Shown: positions 1-10,398 of the stretch, piece after piece
Layout of the letters: each line of letters begins with the position of its first letter
Position numbering within the stretch: position 1 is the stretch's first letter
Origin: Chiloscyllium plagiosum
Taxonomy: Eukaryota
Reading direction: 5' to 3'
DNA length: 20,000 nucleotides
NCBI RefSeq assembly: GCF_004010195.1
Contig: NC_057720.1
Span: 31,906,990-31,926,989, forward strand
Position numbers and translations under genes: made by a program
The notes under the pieces: generated by a model
What the model was told of the DNA's origin: nothing
The model's input: the letters and a program-made list of their open reading frames with translations, nothing else
The model's database searches: none

Positions 1-288
1 GGGAAGAGACCAGATAGGCTGGGGCTTTTTTCCCTGGAGCATTGGAGGCTGAGGGGTGACCTTATGGAAGTTTATAAAATCATGAGGGGTATGGAAAGAG
101 TGAATCGCTAAGGTCTATTTCCTAAGATGGGTGAGTCCAAAACTAGAGGGCATATGTTTAAGATGAGAGGGGAAGCATTTAAAAAGGACTGGTGGTGTAG
201 TTTTTTTCAAATAGAGGGTGGTACATGTATGGAATGAGCTGCCAGAGCAAGTGGTGGAGGCTAGTACAATTACAACATTTAAAAGGCC
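1..288 (+). mobile_element. CR1-type LINE, decayed ORF2 C-terminal fragment
   Basis: Translates as RLGLFSLEHWRLRGDLMEVYKIMRG..., the CR1 ORF2 end motif; similar to copies at 12767, 17007 and 19762. Confidence 0.85.
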
Positions 289-418
289 TCTATGGTTTCC
301 TGATGATGGTACCGTGGACTGTTTGCTAATCAACCTTCCAAACCCCATTAATATCTATAGAATGACAAAAAGTTATGGGAATTCTTAAAGGATATTCAGA
401 AGAATGCAGATGCAGGAA

Positions 419-514
419 TTCTGAGGAAGGGTCACTTGACCTGAAACATTAACTCTGATTTCTCTCCACAGATACTGCCAGACCTGCTGAGCTTTTCCAG
501 CAATTCTCATTTTT
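419..514 (+). mobile_element. Penelope-like terminal repeat fragment (short non-autonomous copy)
   Basis: ctgaggaagggtcacttgacctgaaac...gatactgccagacctgctgagcttttccagca, homologous to the terminus of the GIY-YIG element at 18560-18690 and to 18008-18138. Confidence 0.7.
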
Positions 515-1746
515 GTGAAAGATGCAAGCAAGTTGATTCTAAAAATTGCTAAGTTGGTTTCAAGAGGCAATCTAAATGATCAGTTTATAATTTGCTGCTC
601 AATAGTGTTATTATGTCACTATTATTGTACCCTAAACAAATGAGCCCTAACCCATTAATTAACATAACACACTTGAAATCCATTTGAAAATTAAAATCTA
701 CTAAAGGACGTACACCTTAATTAATAATATACCTCAATTCCCAAGTATAAATTTTCAGTTGAATAGCATTTTAACACTGCTAAGGTCCAAGACCAGACCA
801 CCCAGAATTATGTTACAGTCTGGCTAGGGACCAAAGATTGAGATGCCAGATACTTACGAACAAAACAGAGGCACAAAATAAACACCACACTTCACTAAAC
901 TAAATTAGAACAGCAACGGAATGTAAAATATATTTACAAATGAAATTCTAATGCCGGAATGAACCTAAAGGTACGGAAAACAGATAAACTGTGGTTGAAC
1001 ATTTCACCAAGCATATCAACTGGCAAATACAGTCAAGACTGATTCTATGAATTTCACAGCAACCACCCTCCCCCATTGCGCACAGCAATACCAACACCCT
1101 GGGCCATAAGTAATTATACCTTATAAGCAATTCCAATTCTTCTCTTTCAGAGACCATTATTTGGAATCTCTCCAAAAACCAGTCTGTTATGGTCTGTCTC
1201 AGTGATTGTTCACATTTTTTTAGTTCACCCTCATTTCCTGGGACTCCACTTTCCTGTATCCTGCATATTCATTCCAGCACACTTCACTGCCAACTCCAGC
1301 TTTTTTGTTGACAGCTAGCTCCAACAAGCTGGTATTCACCCTGGATTCATCCCACCTCTAATGCTTCTTGAACAACTGCTGCTTGTCTTGTGGGCTTGTT
1401 TCATCTCATTCTCTGCTTCACTGACCAATGAGTTGCTCGTAGGCTTCATCCAAGTCTCCAACCCCTATCACCTGCACCCAAGGGCTTCTCTTGAATTCTA
1501 ACTCCAACACTTAGTTGCATCTACTGATTCTCGGGACTTTTCCTGAGTCCTAACTGTACCAATTAACTACACCTAACAGCTCCTAGGGCTTCTTGTCCTG
1601 TGTCCTAATTACATGGAACTATCAAAAGGCTCTTAGGGCATCTTCCTGAGCTCCAAGTACACATAACCAATGGTCTTCAGTCATCTTTTCAGCAGCACAG
1701 CCACCAGTGCACCTCCTGCATGGTGACTGCTTCTCATTTCCCCCCA

Positions 1747-1766
1747 TCTCTCTCTCTCTCTCTCTC
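1747..1766. repeat. (TC)10 microsatellite
   Basis: Direct reading of the sequence. Confidence 0.9.
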
Positions 1767-1802
1767 TTACATTCTCTTTCTGTCAAACAGACTAACTCCA
1801 AA

Positions 1803-2034
1803 TGAAACCAAAAGAGAAAATGCTGGAAAATCTCAGCAGGTCTGGCAGCATCTGTAAGGAGAGAAAAGAGCTGACGTTTTGAGTCTAACTGACCCTTTGT
1901 GAGCTTCGACAAAGGGTCAGTTAGACTCGAAACATCAGCTCTTTTCTCTCCTTACAGATGCTGCCAGACCTGCTGAAATTTTCCAGCATTTTCTCTTTTG
2001 GTTTCAGATTCCAGCATCCGCAGTAATTTGCTTT
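1803..2034. mobile_element. Palindromic Penelope-derived insertion (inverted plus direct terminal repeat) with 14-bp TSD
   Basis: Arms 1803-1900 and 1909-2006 are reverse complements with 3 mismatches; taactccaaatgaa is duplicated at 1793-1806 and 2035-2048; shares the gatgctgccagacctgctg...ttttccagca core with the other Penelope-like copies. Confidence 0.8.
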
Positions 2035-2284
2035 TAACTCCAAATGAATCTGTTTATCTGTTCTTGAGTCCTCCATGAACCTTCTTGGGTGGCCTTTTGA
2101 AAATCTTGCAACAAGTACCACACCGGTTGATAGGCAAAATTGAATTACCGAGTTCCTTTTGTGTTGCAATTTTCATAATCAGCTGGCTTACATGGTACAA
2201 CATGGATATAAAAAATGGACTTCATTGCAACACACACATGCAATGCCTCAAGTTTGATCTCTTTGCCAGAGGAAACTTAAAGAA

Positions 2285-2455
2285 AAACTTGTATTTATAT
2301 AACTTTGTTTATCACCTCTGAATATAAAGCATTTTGAGACAGTCAATTAAATATTTTTGCACTATGGCAAGTGTTGTCATTTTGGATACAGCACAGCCAT
2401 ACTGAGTGTAAAAAAGGTCCCACAAACAGCAATTTGATATTGACCAGATAATCGT
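2285..2455 (-). mobile_element. Old DeuSINE-like (SacSINE1-type) fragment
   Basis: tcccacaaacagcaatttgatattgaccagataatc resembles the recalled Deu-domain; aacttgtatttatat is a matching tail. Highly diverged. Confidence 0.5.
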
Positions 2456-3819
2456 TTTATCCCATAAAGTCTGCTTATCCAAGTTAATCTGTTCTTCTGC
2501 TTTAAAATGGTGAAAACTAAAACAAACTGAAATGAAATGAAATGATGTTTGCTTTGGCCTTGGGACCTACAGAGCTATTTTAGAACTTGAGTGACTTGCT
2601 CATTAAGAAATATGTTAGGCAAGATACACATGGAGGTGAAAGGTCCTCTGATACGAAAGAAACAAGTGAACTATTGGGCTCTTACAACAATGCAGCAATT
2701 CTACCACACATGGATCAAACTCTCAATAATGTTTTGTGGGTGAAAGTGAACTGGACTGATGACTGCAAAATCCATGTCTTCCTTACATATATATCAGCTA
2801 GGATGTATTCACTTGTAAATCTGTCTCTTTGTTATATTTCCCTCAGTCAACATCTACATCGGTTCATGTTTCTATTCATGTCTAACTGTCTTTATGTTTA
2901 TTCAGCTGTCTATTTATGTACATTTACATTTTTCCTGTTTCCATTTAAGTCATTCTTCATTTTGCTGAATAAGTTCTTGGGGCATTTTAAGGCATTGGAG
3001 TTTTGTACACTTAAAATTGGTCATGCATGAAATCTCTAAAGGTAGCGTTACTTGAGACTGAAGTATTGCACTTGTCTTTATCTCCTATTTATGAAATGAA
3101 CTTCACATGGAAGAGAATATGACTGAACAAGTTCTGACCTTCAGATTGTGTGTGGTTTATAACACTCGTGCCGGTCATTTGACCTGACTCAAACTGGATT
3201 CTGATCAAAATGATAACGGAGCACCCACACCTTCACAGCTCATCAAAACTGTAGTGAAACTCAATTGACCATTGACCCATTTAATAGTTATAAATAGATC
3301 ATACACTTAAAAATTATGTTATTATCTTTAAAGGTTAAGAATCAAGATTCTGAGATTTAAGCACAATGAAGACAATGCCCAAAGAAATATCGAATTAAAG
3401 CAGCAAAATACTTTATTAAATATAAATAAATTTTAATTTTAATGTTGCTTAAACTTGCTTATGGAGCTTTTTTCTGGAGGTTATGTAACTCTTCAGTGAG
3501 AAGATAACACTCTGGCCATATCTTCCATTGCGAGTAATTGAGTAGAAACAGCGTGCTGCTGAGAATAATGATAGTTGCACTTAGTCTTGGTTGAGTCTAA
3601 AAGCAAAAAATGGCTGTGTGAGGAAAATACCCTTCATATTTGCTCTCTTTTGTTGCTGGGAGAAGTCAAATCTCATGGTTATCATGTTGTCACTTAATGC
3701 AGCTTAGTTCAGTAGATTACTGCATTCAAAGTTGCTGTGCATATGCTCTCCTGTAAAATGACACCTTTCATCTTCACTAAACTTTGACTCATTCAAACTG
3801 TACTGATTACATTCTAATT

Positions 3820-4090
3820 CCCATCACTCCTATTCACTCATCACCTCTGTGCTTGCTGACCTATATTCCGGCCTGACCTTGCTTCAATTTTAAAATTCTC
3901 ACCTTGCTTTCAAGTCCCTCCCTAACTCTTTGTCTCCTCCTCCAGCTCTCCAATTACTGCTCCCATTGTTACTTTTTAAATGTGCCCAATTTTGGGAAAT
4001 TTACTTTTGTCCCTGTGCCAAAACAAAATCTGGGGAAATAAGTCAGCTGCTTAGCTGTACTGAGTTGAAACTTAATGCTTTGATAGGTAA
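3820..4090 (+). mobile_element. L2-type LINE 3' fragment
   Basis: Degenerate ITxVLADL...FKIL.L.FKSL motif of the L2 ORF2 end; similar to 9330-9740. Confidence 0.6.
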
Positions 4091-4214
4091 CAACAGTGCT
4101 TCTTCCTCTTTTGCTATCCTGAACATGTAAGCACTTACTTGGTCACCAGCTCTCTGCTCCCCTCACTGTATGCTTCTCTGGGGTAAATCTAACTGTTTAA
4201 CAAAGTGAGCAGAG

Positions 4215-5275
4215 TACAGTATAAGAGTAGCCAATTGGTTGACTGACAAAAAGCATGGAGTGAGGACAAAAGGGGTCTTTTTCAGGATAGCGATTGGTGA
4301 GGAGTGGAATTCTGCAGGGGGTAGTGTTGAGATCACAACTATTCATGTAATACATGAATGATCTAAATGAAGGAACTGAGGGCATTGTTGCTAGGTTTGC
4401 AAATGACAGAAACATATTGGAGAGACAGGTAGTGCTGAGGAATCAGGAGTTTGAAGGTGGACTTGGACAAGCTAAGAGAATAAGCAAAGAAGTGGCAGAT
4501 GAAATACAATGTGGGAAAGTGTAAGTTTATGACTTTGGTAGGAAGAATAGAGGCATAGACTGTTTTTTAAATGGGGAAATCTGAAGCACAAAAGGAGTTC
4601 TGGTTCAGGATTCTCTTCATATTAACATGCAGGTTTAGTTGGCAGTTAGGAAGACAAATGTAATGTTAGCATTCATTTCAGCAGGGTTAGAATACAACAG
4701 TAGCGATGTATCACTGAGGCTGCATAAGGTTCTGATCATTTGGGATATTGTGAGCAGTTTTAGGTTCTGTATCTAAGGAAGGATGTGCTGGCATTGGAGG
4801 GGTCCAGGGGAGGTTCTCAAGAATGATCCCCGAGATCAAATGACTTGTAGTATGAGGAGAGATTGAGGACCTTGAGTCTGTACTTTGATGGAGTTTAGAA
4901 GGATGATGGGACAGTCTGATTGAGACTTATTGAAAACTGAGAGGCCTGGATAGAGTGGACGTGGAGAAGATGTTTCCAGTAGTCGAAGAGACTAGGACCC
5001 AAGGGCACTGCCTCACAGTGAAGAGCCAATGCTTTAGAACTGAGGTGAGGACAAATGTCTTCAGCCAGAGGGTGGTAAGTGTGTAGAACTTACTGCTGCA
5101 GAGGACTGTGCAGGCCAAGCTATTGAGTGATGGAGGTAGATAGGTTCTTGATTAGTAAGGGGATCAAGGCAGCAGACAGGCGAATGGGGTTGAGAAACAC
5201 GCCAGATTGATCAACTGGTAGGTCACGCTCGATGGGCCAAATGACTTAATTCTGCTCCTGTACCGTATAGTCTTA
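4215..5275 (+). mobile_element. CR1-type LINE, decayed RT domain to 3' end
   Basis: Degenerate GxxQGxVL, YMNDL, FANDR (FADD-like) and WQMKYNVGKC motifs with stops and frameshifts; ends in a CR1-like 3' tail (aattctgctcct...tcttat). Confidence 0.85.
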
Positions 5276-5393
5276 TAAAGGGTGGGGCGTTTGAGGTTAA
5301 GAATGAAATCCTGAGTCACCTTCCACCTGCATGAATAGACAATTGTCTCAAGCAACCAAACTGTAGAATAATCATTATTTTGTATCTCCCCAG

Positions 5394-5462
5394 GCTGCAG
5401 TGACATACAGACAGACCAACATGAAAGACAAATGCCTAGCTTTCATTGAAGGACACACCAAA
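5394..5462 (+). CDS. BTBD19: BTBD19-like internal coding exon (69 nt, phase 0/0), AAVTYRQTNMKDKCLAFIEGHTK, start of BACK region
   Basis: Pyrimidine-rich acceptor ttttgtatctccccag| and donor |gtgagt; open frame; resembles the human BTBD19 segment VAVTFGLGQLQERCVAFIEAHSQ as recalled; splices in frame to the next exon. Confidence 0.88.
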
Positions 5463-5691
5463 GTGAGTACTTGAAAATGGCTAATGTATCTGATGACTTC
5501 TTTTTTAGACTCTGGTGTCAAATGAAATCTGTTGAAACCAAGCTCAGGCCACTGAACCCACTCATGCAGATCAGAATATCCATCAATTGTGTGGTCCACT
5601 AACTGTGAGAAATAGCTGTGACAATTAGAAATAAATATGTTGCTGATTGATATATGTTGCCACAGCAGCAAGATTTATTTTTTAAAAATCA

Positions 5692-5908
5692 CCGGTAGTT
5701 CTTCTGTAATGTGATGGTTGTGTTTTTGTGCAACCCCGCATTATAGAAAATCCATGCTTTAGAGACAGCGCTTAATGTGTTGGTGATGTAATCGCATTGC
5801 AGTCAACACATGTATAAAAAGTTCATGCTTTAGAAACAGTGTCCCCAATTCGTCAATGGCATTACAGTGAATTCATATTAACAAAACGTGTTATAGTAGA
5901 ACAACCTG
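5692..5908. mobile_element. Tc1/mariner (Tigger/pogo-like) MITE, ~217 bp
   Basis: Imperfect TIRs ccggtagttcttctgtaatgtg and cgtgttatagtagaacaacctg; TA on the right flank, CA on the left. Confidence 0.6.
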
Positions 5909-5921
5909 TACAGAAGTCTAT

Positions 5922-6047
5922 TCCTGATGAAGGGCTTTTGCCCATAACATCAATTTTCCTGCTCCTCGGATGCTGCCTGACCTGCTGTGCTTTTCCAATA
6001 CCACGCTGTTGACTCAAATCTCTAGCATCTGCAGTACTCATTTTTGC
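5922..6047 (+). mobile_element. Short Penelope-like terminal repeat insertion with 17-bp TSD
   Basis: cctgtacagaagtctat is duplicated at 5905-5921 and 6048-6064; the insert is homologous to the reverse complement of 18560-18690. Confidence 0.8.
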
Positions 6048-6086
6048 CCTGTACAGAAGTCTATGTCTGACAGTCATAAAACTTTG

Positions 6087-6395
6087 TGGGCGGTACAGTG
6101 GCATAGTAGTTAGCATTGCTGCCTCACAGCGCCAGAGACCCGGGTTCAATTTCCGCCTCAGGCAACTGACTGTGTGGAGTTTGCACGTTCTCCCCGTGTC
6201 TGCGTGGGTTTCCTCCAGGTGCTCCGGTTTCCTCCCGCAGTCCAAAGATGTGCAGGTCAGGTGAATTGGCCATGCTAAATTGCCAATAGTGGTAGGTAAG
6301 GGGTAAATGTAGGGGTATGGGTGGGTTGCGCTTCGGCGGGTCGGTGTGGACTTGTTGGGCCGAAGGGCCTGTTTCCACACTGTAATGTAATCTGT
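6087..6395 (+). mobile_element. HE1-like tRNA-derived V-SINE, near full length
   Basis: A-box-like tggcatagtagttag, B-box-like gggttcaatttcc, V-domain tgtgtggagtttgcacgttctccccgtgtctgcgtgggtttcc, CR1-like tail ending in tgtaa repeats. Confidence 0.88.
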
Positions 6396-6559
6396 AAATT
6401 AGGCGCTGCGTTTTCCAAGATGAGGGCAGAGTGTAATGTTTTAACAGCAGATAAGTGGTAGATTGTGTGCAGGTTAATCAGTTGTACTGATACTAATAGA
6501 TATGTTGGAGTCCTGTTCCCTCAATTCCATTTTTCTTTAAACAATCTATTAATCAGGAC

Positions 6560-6654
6560 TGAGTTTGATTCATTCAGTTGACTGGATGGTTGGTTTGCGA
6601 TGTAGAATAATGCTAACAGCATGGGCTCAGTTCTCACATTGGCGGAAGTTACCA
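6560..6654 (+). mobile_element. Truncated tRNA-like SINE head
   Basis: cattcagttgactggatggttggtttgcgat...aacagcatgggctcagttctc resembles a degenerate A/B-box SINE head; it is cut off at the inverted duplication. Confidence 0.4.
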
Positions 6655-6988
6655 TCGAGCGTGACCTACCAGTTGATCAATCTGGCGTGTTTCTCAACCC
6701 CATTCTCCTGTCTGCTGCCTTGATCCCCTTACTAATCAATAACCTATCTACCTCCATCACTCAATAGCTTTGCCTGCACAGTCCTCTGCAGCAGTAAGTT
6801 CTACACACTTACCACCCTCTGGCTGAAGGCATTTCTCCTCACCTCAGTTCTAAAGCATTGGCTCTTCACTGTGAGGCAGTGCCCTTGGGTCCTAGTCTCT
6901 TTGACTACTGGAAACATCTTCTCCACGTCCACTCTATCCAGGCCTCTCAGTTTTCAATAAGTCTCAATCAGACTGTCCCATCATCCTT
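6652..6988 (-). repeat. Inverted duplicate of 4899-5235 (CR1-derived, 337 bp)
   Basis: Reverse complement aligns without gaps; 6 mismatches counted by eye. Confidence 0.95.
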
Positions 6989-7049
6989 TAATTACACAGA
7001 TTTGCCTACAATGGTGTCACTACAATTTTGGTACAGGTAGGGAGGGGTT

Positions 7050-7380
7050 GGTGTGGTGGAGTGTCACTGGGCTAGTGCCCAGGATAATGTTTTGGGGACA
7101 TAGGTTCAAATGCCACCATGGCAGATGGGGAAATTTGAATTCAATAAAAATGACAAATGGCAAATGACAAATGACAACCATGTAATCGTCGTTGATTGTA
7201 AAAAAACAAATCCATCTGGTTCACTAATGTCTTTCAGGGAAAGAAATCTGTCATCCTTACTTGGTCTGGCCTGCATATGACTCCAGACCCATAGTAATGT
7301 GGTTGACGCTCAACTGCCCAGTAGGCAATAAATGATGGCCTAGCCAGTGAGGCACACATTCCATGAACAAATGAAAAAAA
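7050..7380 (+). mobile_element. tRNA-derived SINE of a different family from HE1
   Basis: B-box-like ggttcaaatgcc; LINE-like 3' tail ggcaataaatgatggcctagccag...; terminal A-run. Confidence 0.65.
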
Positions 7381-7629
7381 CAAGGGTGTTTACAGACACC
7401 ATTGTAGCTTGCCTAAATACCAAGTAGGAACTGAGACTGAAATAAGCCCAGGCAGATGAGTTAGTTTTATGTTTTTTCTCACCCTGTGGGAAAGGACAAG
7501 AAGTTCAGAGTCTTTCATGTCCAGGGTTTCTTCCCTGTTCCACCACTCCACTCGCTTGACTGATTTTTGTTCCATGTACTTTAGATGGCATCCTACCATC
7601 TGAGTGATACTTGCATGCCAAATACAGCT

Positions 7630-7972
7630 AGAGTCATAGAATCCCTACAGTGTGGAAGCATGCCACTCAGCCCATCAAACCCACACTGCCGGTCCGGAAA
7701 GCATCCCACCAGACCCACACCCATCCCTGTAACCCTGCATTTCCCAAGGCTAATCTAGCTAGCCTGCACAACCCTGGGCACTACTGGGCAATTTAGCATG
7801 GTCAATCCACCTAACCTGCACATCTTTGCACTGTGGGAGGAAACTGGAGCACCCAGAGGAAACCCACGCAGATGATGGGAGAATGTACAAAGGTGCCTGA
7901 GGCTGGAATCGAACCCAGGTCCCTGATGCTGCGAGGCAGCAGTACTAACCTCTGAGCCATCGTGCCACCAGA
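7630..7972 (-). mobile_element. HE1-like V-SINE, diverged
   Basis: Reverse complement contains ggtggcacgatggctcag...gggttcgattcc and a V-domain homologous to 6087-6395. Confidence 0.85.
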
Positions 7973-8319
7973 GAGCCAAGGTCGCCCCGGTCTCATGTTG
8001 CTGAGGGCTAGATCCTACCTGCTTAATTGACGGTGGAGTCAAAATCGAGCTTGGATTGTCAGCAGGCTATTTCACAGTGTGTCACAGCTGAATCATGTTG
8101 CTGCTGTCACTGAGGTACTTACACATGCACTTCCAGCAGGAAGTCGCAGACTGGAAATCCTGACAGATTTTCTGTTATTGAAGCTGACTCCCAACTGGAA
8201 CGTTTTCTATTGGCCAGGGCTTGAAATGTCACTTCTGCTACTAAACTCTGAACCATCTCAGAAGAGACTTCTTATAAGTTTTAATGTTCTTATGTTTTAT
8301 TAAAGAGTGTAAAAATATT

Positions 8320-8381
8320 TGGATTGTGTGGTTTTGCAAAATTGTCCAGGTGGATTGTATAGTTTTACAAAATTCTCCAGG
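8320..8381. repeat. 31-bp tandem duplication, 2 copies
   Basis: tggattgtgtggttttgcaaaattgtccagg and tggattgtatagttttacaaaattctccagg, 4 mismatches. Confidence 0.85.
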
Positions 8382-9329
8382 TACAAAGTGCAATCAACTA
8401 AGTTTTGTTATATCAAAGCTTTCAAACAAAACTTATTTCAGTTAACAAATACACAGAATTGGGCAGCAGGAAGAGGCCAACTGGTTCTCCAAATCTGATT
8501 CTCACTCGTGATGGCTGTAGCATCTTGATGAGATGTTTCCTGACCATTGTCCCAGTAAATGGCAACAAATTATGATGCATGCATACTTGAGCTGGAATGA
8601 CTGAAAGTATCTTTATGTTAACATTTGTTCAGCAAAGATCACTGAAAAGCTGCATTTGAGAACCAGGCCTGTCATTTCCACTGTCAATCCTGGCTTTCTT
8701 ATCCTTGTAGCAGAATCAAACACCCACAAGAATGTAAATTTGCAGTTCTGCTGCCAGGATAAGGGGTGCGGCCCTTCCAGACACAAGCCAAATGAAATAA
8801 ACACAGGCACAAAAGTGCATAGAGAGAATGCAAAAGTGAACTTTCTGCTGCTGTACTAATCCTGAATGATCCATGGAATGGAAAGGCTGGGATCATTGTA
8901 TCAGCAAGTCATTCTGTTAAACTTGTGTTATTTCCAACTGCATGCCTGAGCTACTGGATGTGACTAATTGCTTCCTCTTGTCTGATTATTGCACTAAGAA
9001 TAACTCAGTCACATTGATCTTTTGTGACCTTTGTCACATGATGGTATGAAGTAAAATAGGAGTTTAAAAGGGGAAGCTGCCATAGGAAGAGATTCAGTTA
9101 GCCTTTCTCAGTTCAACTTATTGTCATTTGTCCTCTTGTCAACTTTCAGATTTTAAAAGTATTTTTAGAAATAACAAATATTTTAGATATCACACTTCTT
9201 TCCTGGTTTGAAATCATTAGCTATTTGAAGCTGAATAGTAAGACTGTAAATGTATCAGCCAGCTTTTGTAAGGACTTCCCCAAATTTTACCCTCTTGAAA
9301 CTTGAGATAATGTTAAACTCTATTATTAG

Positions 9330-10070
9330 TATCTTAACCCAGAGCAAGTCTGGTTCCCCGACCACCCTCTGATTGCTGACTTACATTGGCTCCCAGTCTA
9401 GCAATATCTTGAGTTTAAAATTCGCATCCTTCTTATAAATCTCTTCATAGCCTTGCCCCGACTTCTCTCTGCAATCTCGTCCAGCTCCACAGTGCTCAAA
9501 GAAATCTGCACTCCTGCAGCTCAGTCTCTTATGCATCCCCAATTTTAATTGCTGCAGCTTAGTTAGCTGTACCTTCATTTTGACTAGGCCCCAAGCTCCC
9601 TATCCCTCTCTAGCTTGCATTCTCCTTTAAGGCACTTCTTAAACTTCACCTATTTGAGCAAGTTTCTTTCACTTGACCTGATGTTTACTGTGGCATGACA
9701 TCATATTTTGTATTATAATGCTGTTGTAAAATGTGTTGGGCAGACGATCTTGGCACAGTGGTGGTATTGCTGCCTCTGGGATGGAAGTTCTGGATTTGAT
9801 GCTATGACTTGATAGGCATTGAAAGCGCACTGAAATGCGGTAAACATGTTGATTATCTGCCTTTAAATCCTTCCATTAGATCAATGGCAACCAGTAGGGG
9901 CAGGAGAGTCCATTGGTCTGCCAACTTGCAGAATGAAATGGCAGCCTGTCTAACACCTTGCCCATAAAATCCATGGTCCAACCCTTAGGAACTGGAGAAA
10001 AGATAGACAGACAGAAGTGCCTGGGAATGATTCATTATGTTAAAGTTGTGATGTAAGTACAAATTGTTGA
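9330..10070 (+). mobile_element. L2-type LINE 3' end, apparently interrupted by a ~275-bp SINE-like insert (about 9741-10016)
   Basis: ADLHWLPV...FKI motif at about 9375-9430; the L2-like tail resumes at about 10017; the insert begins with A-box-like tggcacagtgg. Confidence 0.55.
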
Positions 10071-10179
10071 ACATGGGGCTAGGAACCTGATCACTCTGCT
10101 CTGCTTTTGGGTATATGTTCCTACTCTATACCAAAAGTCTACCACCTACCATCTTAAATTACAGATATGATGTAAAATA

Positions 10180-10398
10180 CAGGTATCCCCTGCTTTTCGA
10201 ATGCTTGCTTTATGCAATTTTGCTTTTACGAAAGAGCTACGTTAGTACCTGTTTTCGTGAATCTGAAGAGGATTTTCGCTTTTACGTAAAATGGTGAAAC
10301 TCTTTCCCATTTAAATCACACACCTTTGCTTTACACCATTTTCAGCTTGTGGAAGGTTCCCTGGAAATGCTCTACTTTTGGATAGTGGGGGCTACCTG
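10180..10398. mobile_element. Tigger/pogo-like MITE, ~219 bp
   Basis: Imperfect TIRs caggtatcccctgcttttcgaa and ttttggatagtgggggctacctg; TA on the left flank, AA on the right. Confidence 0.65.

Noticed and set aside
2587..3030. 147-aa ORF on + strand
   Set aside because: Non-ATG start; the hydrophobic half comes from T-rich low-complexity DNA; no recognisable domain or exon signals.
3140..3190. Possible upstream BTBD19 exon (LC...-like start)
   Set aside because: Frames reach stop codons, there is no donor site, and similarity does not extend beyond two residues.
6087..6160. tRNA gene
   Set aside because: tRNA-like head of a SINE that continues directly into the V-domain.
5862..6380. 172-aa and 84-aa minus-strand ORFs
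   Set aside because: Antisense read-through of the HE1 SINE and Penelope-like fragment, a common source of false proteins.
8320..8381. CRISPR-like repeat
   Set aside because: Only two adjacent copies, no spacers, vertebrate context.
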